Of a stretch of DNA of 64,000 nucleotides, positions 9,423-18,178 are shown one piece after another. Source of the stretch: an uncultured Mollicutes bacterium. Its GTDB lineage: Bacteria; Bacillota_I; Bacilli_A; RF39; UBA660. Where the stretch lies: the NCBI GenBank assembly GCA_947652375.1, contig CANTCS010000002.1:15080-79079 (forward strand), read 5' to 3'. The first letter of the stretch is position 1. Each line of letters opens with the position of its first letter. A model generated the notes under the pieces. The model saw only the letters and a list, made by a program, of their open reading frames with translations. It was not told where the DNA came from and ran no database searches. The translations under genes and the position numbers were made by a program.

Positions 9423-10313
9423 TTATTCATCATCTTCTTTTAAACCTAATTCTAGAAAATATTTCTCTTGATCACGCCAATTTTTTAATGTTTTAACATA
9501 AGTTTCTAAAAATACTTGTTTTCCTAAAAACGTCTCCATTTCTTTTCTTGCTCTAGTTCCTATTTCTTTTAACATTGAACCATTTTTTCCAATAATTATT
9601 TTTTTAATATTGTCTCTATCTACAACTATTAAAACTTGTATATGAATTAGCTTTTCGTCCTCTTCATAGTTTTCTACATAGCATGTTACTGTATGAGGAA
9701 TTTCTTCTCTTGTTAATTCTAAAACTTTTTCTCTAACAAATTCTGCCATTATAAAACGAGTAGAAACATTAGTTAAATCTTCATCTGAAAAGATCTTATC
9801 ATTTTCATCTAATTTATTTTTTATACATGAAATTAGCAAGTTTATGTTATCATTTTTTTTTGCAGAAATTGGAATTATTTCGGCGAAATCATATAAATCT
9901 TTTAATTGATCAATTTCATCTAGTAATTTGCTTTTGTTTTTTACCAAATCAATCTTATTTAGTAATAGAAATATTGGAATATTTTTATTTTTGATTTTAT
10001 CTAGAATAAAATGATCTCCTTTTCCAAATCCTTTAGAAATATCTATTAAGAAAAGGATTATATCGACACCTTCAGTATTATTATAAGCTTTTTTATTCAA
10101 TAAATTTCCTAGTTTATTAGTTGGTTTATGTATACCAGGAGTATCTACAAAGATTATTTGTGAATCCTCATCATTATAAATTCCTTGAATAATATTTCGT
10201 GTTGTTCCACTAACATTAGATGTTATGGCTAATTTCATTCCTAGGATACTATTTAAAAGCGAACTTTTTCCAACATTTGGTCTTCCTACTAGACTTACAA
10301 AACCACATTTCAT
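9423..10313 (-). CDS. era: GTPase Era
   Basis: G1 motif GRPNVGKSS, DTPG motif, NKID motif, and a C-terminal KH domain. Confidence 0.95.
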   Translation of the reverse strand: MKCGFVSLVGRPNVGKSSLLNSILGMKLAITSNVSGTTRNIIQGIYNDEDSQIIFVDTPGIHKPTNKLGNLLNKKAYNNTEGVDIILFLIDISKGFGKGDHFILDKIKNKNIPIFLLLNKIDLVKNKSKLLDEIDQLKDLYDFAEIIPISAKKNDNINLLISCIKNKLDENDKIFSDEDLTNVSTRFIMAEFVREKVLELTREEIPHTVTCYVENYEEDEKLIHIQVLIVVDRDNIKKIIIGKNGSMLKEIGTRARKEMETFLGKQVFLETYVKTLKNWRDQEKYFLELGLKEDDE

Positions 10314-10696
10314 ACTAAATCATCCTCTCCAAAAGGAAATGGACATAATTCTTCTACTGTGTATATTTCTACCTTCCCAGAAGTATCGTAACAATAAATT
10401 TTACTTTTTTTATCAAAAAATTCAGAAATTAACTGTCGACAAACAAAACATGGTGTACCTACTTTTCCAGAGGAAACCATAACATGTATTTCTTTAAAAT
10501 CATTTTTTTTGATGCCTGCTGTTATAGCATTGAAAATTGCCGAGCGTTCAGCACAAGTTCCAGCTCGAGTACTTGCATCTTCAACATTTACTCCAAAAAA
10601 TTCTTGATCGTCTTTCGTAATAAGACAGGCTGACACTGGAAAGTTTGATATTGGTACATAACTATTTTTATGCAAAGCTAATAATTTATCTTTCAT
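10310..10696 (-). CDS. cdd: cytidine deaminase
   Basis: CAERSAI and PCFVCRQ zinc-binding motifs in a 128-aa protein. Confidence 0.9.
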   Translation of the reverse strand: MKDKLLALHKNSYVPISNFPVSACLITKDDQEFFGVNVEDASTRAGTCAERSAIFNAITAGIKKNDFKEIHVMVSSGKVGTPCFVCRQLISEFFDKKSKIYCYDTSGKVEIYTVEELCPFPFGEDDLV

Positions 10697-11112
10697 ATTA
10701 TACCTCCTAGTTTAGGATAAAAAATTATAATTGCTCCAATAAGTGCAACAATACAAAGAATCAGTGTGGCTGAAGAAGCTGTATCTTTTGCTATCTTTGC
10801 TAAAGGATGAATCTCTGTTGTTATTAAATCTATTGTCGCTTCTATAGAAGAGTTTATTACTTCGCAAGCTGCTATTAAACCACAAATTGTTATGATAAAA
10901 AGCCACTCATAAAGGTTTATAGAGAACATGAATCCTAAAATTACTACAACTATAGTAGCAGTTAAAATTATAATCATATTATGCTCATTTTTTATGCAAT
11001 ATATTATGCCATCTAAAGCATGATTAAAACTTTTTACATATCTTTCAAAAGCTGTTCCAGTATCTTTATTTCGTTGAGGAGTTTTTTTTCTAAATCTATC
11101 TAAAAATTTCAT
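10693..11112 (-). CDS. dgkA: diacylglycerol/undecaprenol kinase (DgkA family)
   Basis: Three-TM small kinase with ALDGI, NSSIE and AKD motifs. Its position after ybeY is conserved. Confidence 0.85.
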   Translation of the reverse strand: MKFLDRFRKKTPQRNKDTGTAFERYVKSFNHALDGIIYCIKNEHNMIIILTATIVVVILGFMFSINLYEWLFIITICGLIAACEVINSSIEATIDLITTEIHPLAKIAKDTASSATLILCIVALIGAIIIFYPKLGGII

Positions 11113-11545
11113 TTTCTTCTAATACCTCCTCTTGTTTAGTAAACATTATAGTTTCCTCTTCTTTTGTTAAATGATCATATCCTAACAGATGATAAAAACC
11201 ATGTACAGCTAAGAATGATAATTCTCTTAATAGCGAATGATTATATTCTTTTGCTTGATTTTTTGCTTTATCTATTGAAATATATATATCTCCTAAAATT
11301 CTTTCTTTTGTTGGAACTATTATACTTTCTTCATCTTCTAAAGCAAATGTTATAACATCTGTTTCTTTATCAATATTACGATAATTTTTATTTAAGTTAT
11401 GAATATATTCATTATCAACGATAATTAAATTAAATGATATATTTTCTAAATGTTCTTTTTCAATAGCGCTATATAAAACTTTTTCTACTATTTTTAATTC
11501 TTCTATTTTTTCTTTTACTTTTACAAAAATTTCTATACTACTCAT
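11096..11545 (-). CDS. ybeY: rRNA maturation endoribonuclease YbeY
   Basis: HGFYHLLGYDH metal-binding motif. Confidence 0.9.
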   Translation of the reverse strand: MSSIEIFVKVKEKIEELKIVEKVLYSAIEKEHLENISFNLIIVDNEYIHNLNKNYRNIDKETDVITFALEDEESIIVPTKERILGDIYISIDKAKNQAKEYNHSLLRELSFLAVHGFYHLLGYDHLTKEEETIMFTKQEEVLEENEIFR

Positions 11546-11553
11546 AATTACTC

Positions 11554-12156
11554 CTATATAATAATTATTAATAAACTAATTAATATAATTATTGATATGA
11601 TATTTAAAAACCATTCTTTTTTAAATACTTTAGGTAAAATATTACCTGTTTTTTTTAAAATTTTATAAATTATATATCCAATAAAACCACCTAGCAAATT
11701 AAGAATTATGTCATCAACATCAAATACTCTGCCAATACACATTTGAACAGTTTCTATGGATGTTGAAGCTATAATGGTTAAAATTATTTGCAAATAAGGT
11801 TTGTCTAACTCTAAATAATAACTGAAAAAAAAGCCAAGTGGTAAAAACATTAGCACATTACCTATAACATTTTTTATAAATAATCTACTAGTTATGTCAT
11901 AACGAAAAATTTCTTTAAAAGGAATGAAGTTATTACTGGACCAGGTTACATCATCTTGAAAAGTAACTACTTGAAAGAGACACAAAATATATATTGCAAA
12001 ACTTAGCATTAATAATTCTTTATAGATAATTGGTATTTCTTGTTTTTTTATTAGGTAACAAATTCTAAAAGAAACCATTATTACTATCGAAATCAATATC
12101 ATTGGCCAAGTAAAATTGACAACTCCCTGAATTGTATTTGTAAGTGGTCCTAACAT
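11554..12156 (-). CDS. VanZ-family membrane protein
   Basis: Polytopic 200-aa protein. The C-terminal IETVQMCIGRVFDVDDIILNLLGG matches the VanZ signature as I recall it. Confidence 0.65.
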   Translation of the reverse strand: MLGPLTNTIQGVVNFTWPMILISIVIMVSFRICYLIKKQEIPIIYKELLMLSFAIYILCLFQVVTFQDDVTWSSNNFIPFKEIFRYDITSRLFIKNVIGNVLMFLPLGFFFSYYLELDKPYLQIILTIIASTSIETVQMCIGRVFDVDDIILNLLGGFIGYIIYKILKKTGNILPKVFKKEWFLNIISIIILISLLIIII

Positions 12157-12160
12157 TTAA

Positions 12161-13327
12161 TCACTCCTCTTTTGCATTCAATTCATCAATGTTTAAATTA
12201 GTTATATCTTGATAATCTGTAATATTTTCTAGAACTTTAAAAAACACTTCTACTTTTATTTTACTATTAATTTCATTCTTTTTCAAAACTTTTTTACTTA
12301 TTATTTTTTCATCACTTTTTAAATTTTTTTCAATTCTTTTAGTAGCAATTTCTAAAGCTTCTTTATCAACGTTTTTATAACTAATATTTTTAATATTTTC
12401 TTCTGTTTTGATAAACTTAGATAAAGATATTTTTAAAGGAATTATTTTACTCTCTATTATATTATACTCTTTTTTTTCAAATGTACGGAATTTATTAAAT
12501 AAATTAAATTCTTTTTTTAAAGTTTTGATAGATAAGCCCAAGCTTTCTTTTGAAGTTACTTTTTTTTCATTTATTTTTTTAGGAAGTGATAAAGTTACAG
12601 TATACCATACTTCTCCATAAACAGTTCCTTTGGAGCATCTTTTTGAAACTATGTTGTCTTTATTATAAATTAGTCCACTTATTATGGTTTCTCCTTTGGA
12701 AATATAATCATTTTTCTTTCTAATAATTTCTCCAGAATCAGCAAAAATTTCTTTTATTATTGCATTTTTCTTAGAAACTATATGTCGATAATTACAGTTA
12801 GCTTCATTTTTGTTTTTCTTTCTTTGTTCAACTTTTATAATATATTTTGTTCCTTTTTCTTCTATTTCAACCCATTCTAATAAATCTTTTTCTTTTTCAA
12901 GTAATTGTTTTTTTATATTTTCTTTTTCTTTATATGATACTTTGAAGCGATATTTCCTTAATCCCAGAGCTTTTAAGTCATTTTTTATTGTTTTTACTAT
13001 AGTCTTGTTAGAATGTGTAATTTCAATATCAAAAATTAGATTAGATAAAATTATATTTAAAAAAATTCCCATTAAGATAAATATTATTAATAATAAATAT
13101 TTTTTTAGTAGAAATTTATATTTACTGATACCGAATCTTTCAATAATTTTAATTTTATAAGTTGTTTTAATTTTTAGGATTTTTTCTAAATCGGCAGAAT
13201 CTATTATTACTTTTAATTCTTTATATTTTTTTTCTACTTTATAAATATTTATATTTCTTTTTATGATTTCTTTTAGGAAATAAGTAGGATTTTTTCCAGT
13301 AATACTAATTTTAAGGCGATTATTCAT
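12161..13327 (-). CDS. yqfD: sporulation protein YqfD
   Basis: 388 aa with a single TM after about 80 residues. It directly follows yqfC as in Bacillus and Clostridium. Confidence 0.8.
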   Translation of the reverse strand: MNNRLKISITGKNPTYFLKEIIKRNINIYKVEKKYKELKVIIDSADLEKILKIKTTYKIKIIERFGISKYKFLLKKYLLLIIFILMGIFLNIILSNLIFDIEITHSNKTIVKTIKNDLKALGLRKYRFKVSYKEKENIKKQLLEKEKDLLEWVEIEEKGTKYIIKVEQRKKNKNEANCNYRHIVSKKNAIIKEIFADSGEIIRKKNDYISKGETIISGLIYNKDNIVSKRCSKGTVYGEVWYTVTLSLPKKINEKKVTSKESLGLSIKTLKKEFNLFNKFRTFEKKEYNIIESKIIPLKISLSKFIKTEENIKNISYKNVDKEALEIATKRIEKNLKSDEKIISKKVLKKNEINSKIKVEVFFKVLENITDYQDITNLNIDELNAKEE

Positions 13328-13559
13328 TTACTACCTCAATTTTAGTTATTGTACCAGTTATTAAAATCTCATCTTTTACTAGTTTATTTAGAGTAAAATT
13401 ATTACCAGTAATTGTTATTTTTTTACTTGGACTTAGAAGTGAAATATAGTTATCTTCTAAGGATAATATTTTTTTAAAATTTAACGCGTTAAATTTATTG
13501 TCATAAACTGTAAAACGAAATTCGTTGTCATTAACATAATCATATAATTTATCTATCAT
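13320..13559 (-). CDS. yqfC: sporulation protein YqfC (YabP family)
   Basis: 79 aa with a YabP-like ITGNNF...ILITGTITKIEV segment. It overlaps the yqfD start. Confidence 0.8.
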   Translation of the reverse strand: MIDKLYDYVNDNEFRFTVYDNKFNALNFKKILSLEDNYISLLSPSKKITITGNNFTLNKLVKDEILITGTITKIEVVNE

Positions 13560-13627
13560 ATTATCACCTATGTAATTATATGAATTAATTTAGCTGTTTA
13601 GAAAAAAAAAGTATTATTTATATACTT

Positions 13628-14068
13628 TTAGTTTGCTAATCTTTCTTTTATTACTGTTGATACAAATTTCATATCTGCTTTTCCTTTTAATTTGTTTTGA
13701 GCTATTTTCATAATTTGTCCCATATCTTTTTGACTTTCTGGTTTAATTTCTAAAAAAATCTCATCAATAATTTGTAAAACTTCATCATCTGATAACTGTT
13801 CTGGTAAATACTTTGTAAGAATAGCTATTTCACTTTCTGTTTTTTCAATAAGATCTTGACGATTACCTTTTTCAAATTCAGTTATTGAATCTTTACGCAT
13901 TTTTATTTGTTTATTTACAACATAAATTAATAATTCTTCATTAATTTCTTTTTTTCTATCTATTTGTTCTTGCTTTAAAGAGGCTTTGATCATTCTTATT
14001 ACTATTAAACGATCTTTTTCTTTATTTTTCATGGCTTCAATATAATCTTTTTCTAATTGTTCTAACAT
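13628..14068 (-). CDS. yqeY: GatB/YqeY domain protein
   Basis: 146 aa. The N-terminal L..D...AMK motif and the position downstream of rpsU fit this family. Confidence 0.85.
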   Translation of the reverse strand: MLEQLEKDYIEAMKNKEKDRLIVIRMIKASLKQEQIDRKKEINEELLIYVVNKQIKMRKDSITEFEKGNRQDLIEKTESEIAILTKYLPEQLSDDEVLQIIDEIFLEIKPESQKDMGQIMKIAQNKLKGKADMKFVSTVIKERLAN

Positions 14069-14126
14069 TATTTTTTCATCTCCTTAATTTATTATATCAT
14101 ATTATGTAGAAATAAAAACAAGGATA

Positions 14127-14330
14127 TTAATTATCCCTGCTTTTATTAGCTCTATCTCTTTTTCTTGAATTTTTGATTCCTTCTTTTTTAGCTGCTCTTC
14201 TTCTTACTCCTGGCTTATCATAAGCTTCTCTTTTTTTCCATTCAGAAGGGACACCGTCTCTTGCCACTTTTTGTTTGAACTTTCTTAGAGCTTGATCAAG
14301 ATTACCTCTAACAGTTACTTTAGTTGCCAT
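14127..14330 (-). CDS. rpsU: 30S ribosomal protein S21
   Basis: MATKVTVRGNLDQALRKFKQKVARDG... is a basic 67-aa protein. RBS GGGAGGGAAA. Confidence 0.95.
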   Translation of the reverse strand: MATKVTVRGNLDQALRKFKQKVARDGVPSEWKKREAYDKPGVRRRAAKKEGIKNSRKRDRANKSRDN

Positions 14331-14362
14331 CTATTTCCCTCCCTTCGCTATAACTAAAATGA

Positions 14363-14391
14363 ATTATATCAAAATATTATAATATTTTCAA
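14363..14391 (-). promoter_or_regulatory. sigma-A type promoter of rpsU
   Basis: On the minus strand: TTGAAA, a 17-nt spacer, then TATAAT, about 30 nt upstream of the rpsU start. Confidence 0.5.
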
Positions 14392-14556
14392 CAGTTTTTC
14401 CTATTTTTTAATAAAAACTAAAGAAAAAGTAAACATTTTTTAAGAAAATTCCAAAATATAATCCTATATTAAAAATAAAATTAATTATGATTGATATTAA
14501 AGGGAGTATTAAAAATAGAAATATTAAATTAAAAAAAATTTTAAATTTAAAATAAA

Positions 14557-14727
14557 TCACTCTAAAGGACATATATTATTTTCACTAATTCTTCTTATAC
14601 CAGAACCTAAACTATAACCTGCATCTTTTAAAACTTTAATAACATTTACTATGGCATTTATTACAGTTGCAGTTAAAGTTGTACCACCTACTATATTTGA
14701 TAAATCATTATTATTGATTTTTTTCAT
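14557..14727 (-). CDS. double-glycine-leader bacteriocin-like prepeptide B (56 aa)
   Basis: Not in the ORF track. My translation is MKKINNNDLSNIVGG/TTLTATVINAIVNVIKVLKDAGYSLGSGIRRISENNICPLE. RBS AAAGAGGTG. Its ATG overlaps the TGA of peptide A (ATGA). Confidence 0.75.
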   Translation of the reverse strand: MKKINNNDLSNIVGGTTLTATVINAIVNVIKVLKDAGYSLGSGIRRISENNICPLE

Positions 14728-14879
14728 CCTTGGCACCTCTTTGGATTAGTTATTCCTTCGATTAAACCTGATAGAAATACTACAACTGTTGCTATAATTA
14801 AACATGTTCCAATTGAAACACTAGCTCCACCTTTTATTTTTTCTAAATCTGTAGTTGTTATATTTTTTATACTAATCAC
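14724..14879 (-). CDS. double-glycine-leader bacteriocin-like prepeptide A (48-51 aa; start codon uncertain)
   Basis: Not in the ORF track. My translation is (MIS)IKNITTTDLEKIKGG/ASVSIGTCLIIATVVVFLSGLIEGITNPKRCQG. There is no in-frame ATG. The candidate starts are GTG 14879 or ATA 14870. Confidence 0.6.
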   Translation of the reverse strand: MISIKNITTTDLEKIKGGASVSIGTCLIIATVVVFLSGLIEGITNPKRCQG

Positions 14880-15282
14880 CTTCCCATATTATTTTAAATA
14901 TTTCTATTAAACGTATTTTTTTCGTTTTTATAGAAATATTTATTAAATCATTTACTTTATATTTTTTATCAAATTTAACATTTATTATTAATTCATAATA
15001 TTTCTTTTTTTCTTTTGTCATTACTACACCCTTATCTTCAACTAATTTAAATTTTACTTTCTTTGAATCAATATAAAAAAATGTATTATTATTTATGTTC
15101 TTTCTTTCTGTATCACTAGCTACTACTATTATTAAATTATCTTTTAAAACAATACCTGATAATTTTTCATAATGATATTCTTTTGAAATAAAAAGATAAG
15201 TTATAAATAATGCTTCTACTATTAGGAAAATAAGACTAAAAAATATTATTAATTCTTTTTTTTCATAATTTTTAATTTTCAA
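14872..15282 (-). CDS. short single-TM accessory protein of the bacteriocin exporter (truncated HlyD-like)
   Basis: 136 aa with an N-terminal TM followed by a beta-rich domain. It overlaps the ABC gene stop and sits between the exporter and the peptides. Confidence 0.5.
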   Translation of the reverse strand: MKIKNYEKKELIIFFSLIFLIVEALFITYLFISKEYHYEKLSGIVLKDNLIIVVASDTERKNINNNTFFYIDSKKVKFKLVEDKGVVMTKEKKKYYELIINVKFDKKYKVNDLINISIKTKKIRLIEIFKIIWEGD

Positions 15283-17359
15283 TTATAACTCCATTTTCGA
15301 GTTTTAAAACTCTATCATATAATTTTTTATTATTAAAACGATGAGAAATTACAATAATAGACTTATCTTTTAAATAATTAAATATATTAGTAAGAATTTT
15401 CTTTTCTCTATTAATGTCAATTTGCCCTAATGCTTCATCAAAAATATATATGTTACTTTTTCGTAATAGACTTCTTGCAAGAATAATCCTTTGTCTTTCA
15501 CCATTACTAAGATTAAAACCATTTTCTTCAACAATTTTTTCATATTTCGTGTCATAATTTTTTATAATATCATCTACTAAACAAATTTCGCATACTTTAT
15601 AAAAATCTTCTTCTTTAATATTATTAGATAGCATTATATTATTCTTTATAGTATCATTAAACAAATATTCATTGCTTGTTGTATAAGTAATATTATTTCT
15701 TAAATTTTCTAAATGATAATGGTTAATATCTATATTTGATATTTTTATGTGTCCATATGCTATATCAATATAACGCATAAGCATTTTCACAAGTGTACTT
15801 TTTCCTGAGCCACTATCTCCAAAAAGTAAAACTTTCTCTCCTTTATTGATTTGTAAATTAAGATTATTGAATAGTTTTTTAGAACTTATCTTATAATTAA
15901 GATTTGATATTATAATATCTCCATTTAAATTATAAGGTAAATAGAAATAGTTGTTTTTAAATATCTCTTCATTAATTAAAAACAATTCTTCAACTCTCTT
16001 AAACGCTATTTTAAAAGAACTAAAATTATCTAATAAATTGATTAAATTAGAAAAGCAATTTAAAAAGTAAGAAAAAAACAATTGATATACAATAAGATTA
16101 CTTAAACTTATTTTAGTTGTAACAACAAAATAACTTCCTAAACCATATATAAAAATATGGATTAAATCAGTTAAATTATTTTTTATAAAAATAGATAACT
16201 CAACTATAAAATTATAATTATAAATTTCTGATAAAAAATTCTTATATTGTAGAGAAAATCTATCAATAAGTTTTTTTTCTAAATGACTACCTTTAATAGT
16301 ATCTACATTACTAATTCCTTCAATTAAAAAAGAATTGATTTTATCTTCATATTTACTTAATTTTATATTACTTTTCTTTCTTTTTATACTAAAGAAAAAA
16401 GTATTAATAAGAAGTAATGCTGAGATTATCCAAATTATTAAAGTTAATTTTTTATTAAAATGAAGCATTATTATACTAAAGATTATTATAGTAATAAGAT
16501 CAGTCGATAATATTGTAAAAAGATTAGCAAGATAAATTCTAACTGTATTGAGATCTTTAAATCTTGCGACTACTTCTCCAGAAGTTCTATTTTTAAAATA
16601 TAAATATGGAAGTAAAAGTACTTGTTTAAATGTTTTACTTGTTGTTTCATAATCAAAAGAAAAAGTCCATTTATTCATTAAAAGATTTTTAATTAAATTA
16701 CTTATATTTTTCAGAATATAAATGATTAAAAGTATTGTGCTTATTATAAAAATGTTATTTGTAATACTATATTTTATTGAGAATTCAAGAAGGTATTTAA
16801 AATGAAAAGAAATTAAAATGTTTAATATAAAATAAGAGAGTGTTAAAATAAAAATTAAAAATATTACTGATTTATTTGTAGCAATTACATTTTTAATATT
16901 TTTATAAATTACATTTTTATTTTGTAATTTAGGCAATTTTTTCACAGGATGTAAGAATAAGTAATTACCACTGGATAATAAATTAAATTCTGAAAAAGAG
17001 ATTATTTTTTTTCCTTTAGCTGGATCCATTAAATGAATAAGATTTTTCTTTACATTAATTTTATAGAGAACTACAAAATGTTTATAGCTTTTATTAACAA
17101 TGAAATGAACTATACATGGTAAGTTATTTACATTTATATCTTCTAATTTTCCTGTTAATCCTTGTGCTTCAAAGCCAATAAGTTTTGCACCTTCTATTAA
17201 ATTATAAAAAGATGTCCCATCTTTAGTAGTATAAGTTATTTCTCTTAAATATTCTTTAGATACTTCTCCCCCATAAAATCTAATTATAGATAAGAGACAA
17301 CATATTCCACAATCTTTGATACCATCTTGTAAAACAACTTTCACTTGTTGTACTTTCAC
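15272..17359 (-). CDS. peptidase C39 domain-containing bacteriocin ABC exporter
   Basis: N-terminal QDGIKDCGICCL (C39 catalytic Cys), a six-TM core, Walker A GDSGSGKST, signature LSNGERQR, and Walker B IYIFDEA. Confidence 0.9.
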   Translation of the reverse strand: MKVQQVKVVLQDGIKDCGICCLLSIIRFYGGEVSKEYLREITYTTKDGTSFYNLIEGAKLIGFEAQGLTGKLEDINVNNLPCIVHFIVNKSYKHFVVLYKINVKKNLIHLMDPAKGKKIISFSEFNLLSSGNYLFLHPVKKLPKLQNKNVIYKNIKNVIATNKSVIFLIFILTLSYFILNILISFHFKYLLEFSIKYSITNNIFIISTILLIIYILKNISNLIKNLLMNKWTFSFDYETTSKTFKQVLLLPYLYFKNRTSGEVVARFKDLNTVRIYLANLFTILSTDLITIIIFSIIMLHFNKKLTLIIWIISALLLINTFFFSIKRKKSNIKLSKYEDKINSFLIEGISNVDTIKGSHLEKKLIDRFSLQYKNFLSEIYNYNFIVELSIFIKNNLTDLIHIFIYGLGSYFVVTTKISLSNLIVYQLFFSYFLNCFSNLINLLDNFSSFKIAFKRVEELFLINEEIFKNNYFYLPYNLNGDIIISNLNYKISSKKLFNNLNLQINKGEKVLLFGDSGSGKSTLVKMLMRYIDIAYGHIKISNIDINHYHLENLRNNITYTTSNEYLFNDTIKNNIMLSNNIKEEDFYKVCEICLVDDIIKNYDTKYEKIVEENGFNLSNGERQRIILARSLLRKSNIYIFDEALGQIDINREKKILTNIFNYLKDKSIIVISHRFNNKKLYDRVLKLENGVIIEN

Positions 17360-17395
17360 CTCCTAACTTATTATTATCATTAATTAATTTAATGT

Positions 17396-17428
17396 ACAAA
17401 AAAAGAAGAGAAAACTCTTCTTTTTTTA
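17396..17428. terminator. bidirectional intrinsic terminator
   Basis: GAAGAG-AAAA-CTCTTC hairpin flanked by an A-run and a T-run. It lies immediately after the Ham1-like gene stop. Confidence 0.6.
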
Positions 17429-18178
17429 GGATAAACATATTAACAAAATATTTAATCGAACGCGTGATAAACGATATATTATTTTAGAAAAAACAAAACT
17501 AATTTTTAAACAACATTTATCCCATATTGATATTAACATATTATGAATTAAATTACAACAATTAAAATTTTTTTTTTTTATTTTACGGCTTATTTGACAT
17601 ATTTTGTTAAATTTATACCATTCTACAAATGCTTCTGTTGATGATTTATTTTCTTTATTATTATATCTTTCTTCTTTAGAAGTTTCTGCTAAAGTTTTAT
17701 TAGAACCTTTCGGAATAAAAACTTGCCAAAGACGACTTTTAGCAGATGTAGATATTTCACCTCTTATTGTTTTTGAAAGTGTTCCTTCTGATTTTTTCAT
17801 AAATTGCTTGATATTTTCTCCATCATAAAATGTTATACAGCTTAAAAAGTAGCAATTTCTGTTTTCAATATTTTTCATTGTTTCTAATAAAGCTTCTATA
17901 TTGTTTGATATTCCTAATCTTTTTACTAAAGTACCTGGGAAATTAGTTTTATTAGGGTATGCTTCAATATAGAAACCACTATCTTCTACAAAACAAGGTT
18001 GTTTTAATACAGAATATGCTCTTTTAGCTTTATCTAATGATACTTCTTTAACATCAGAAACAGTTAATTCTTCAATATCTAAATCTAATTGTTCTACATT
18101 AACACCTATTTTTTGAAAATAATCTTTTGCTTTTTCATATTTTCCTTCATTTCCTGTTACAAAAATTAAATTTCCCAT
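17426..18178 (-). CDS. Ham1/RdgB-family non-canonical NTP pyrophosphatase (ITPase-like) with an odd ~55-aa C-terminal extension
   Basis: LIFVTGNEGKYEKAK, FVEDSGFYIEA and FPGTLVKR match the ITPase fold motifs. Homology seems to end near EWYKFNK. Confidence 0.75.
   Translation of the reverse strand: MGNLIFVTGNEGKYEKAKDYFQKIGVNVEQLDLDIEELTVSDVKEVSLDKAKRAYSVLKQPCFVEDSGFYIEAYPNKTNFPGTLVKRLGISNNIEALLETMKNIENRNCYFLSCITFYDGENIKQFMKKSEGTLSKTIRGEISTSAKSRLWQVFIPKGSNKTLAETSKEERYNNKENKSSTEAFVEWYKFNKICQISRKIKKKNFNCCNLIHNMLISIWDKCCLKISFVFSKIIYRLSRVRLNILLICLS

Noticed and set aside
10712-10906. Alternative-frame 64-aa ORF inside dgkA. The same applies to 28016..28210 inside valS.
   Set aside because: Each is on the same strand as a gene with clear family motifs but out of frame with it. 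There is no independent signal.
12408-13160. Plus-strand ORFs 12408..12620 and 12810..13160.
   Set aside because: They are antisense to yqfD and are low-complexity shadow ORFs.
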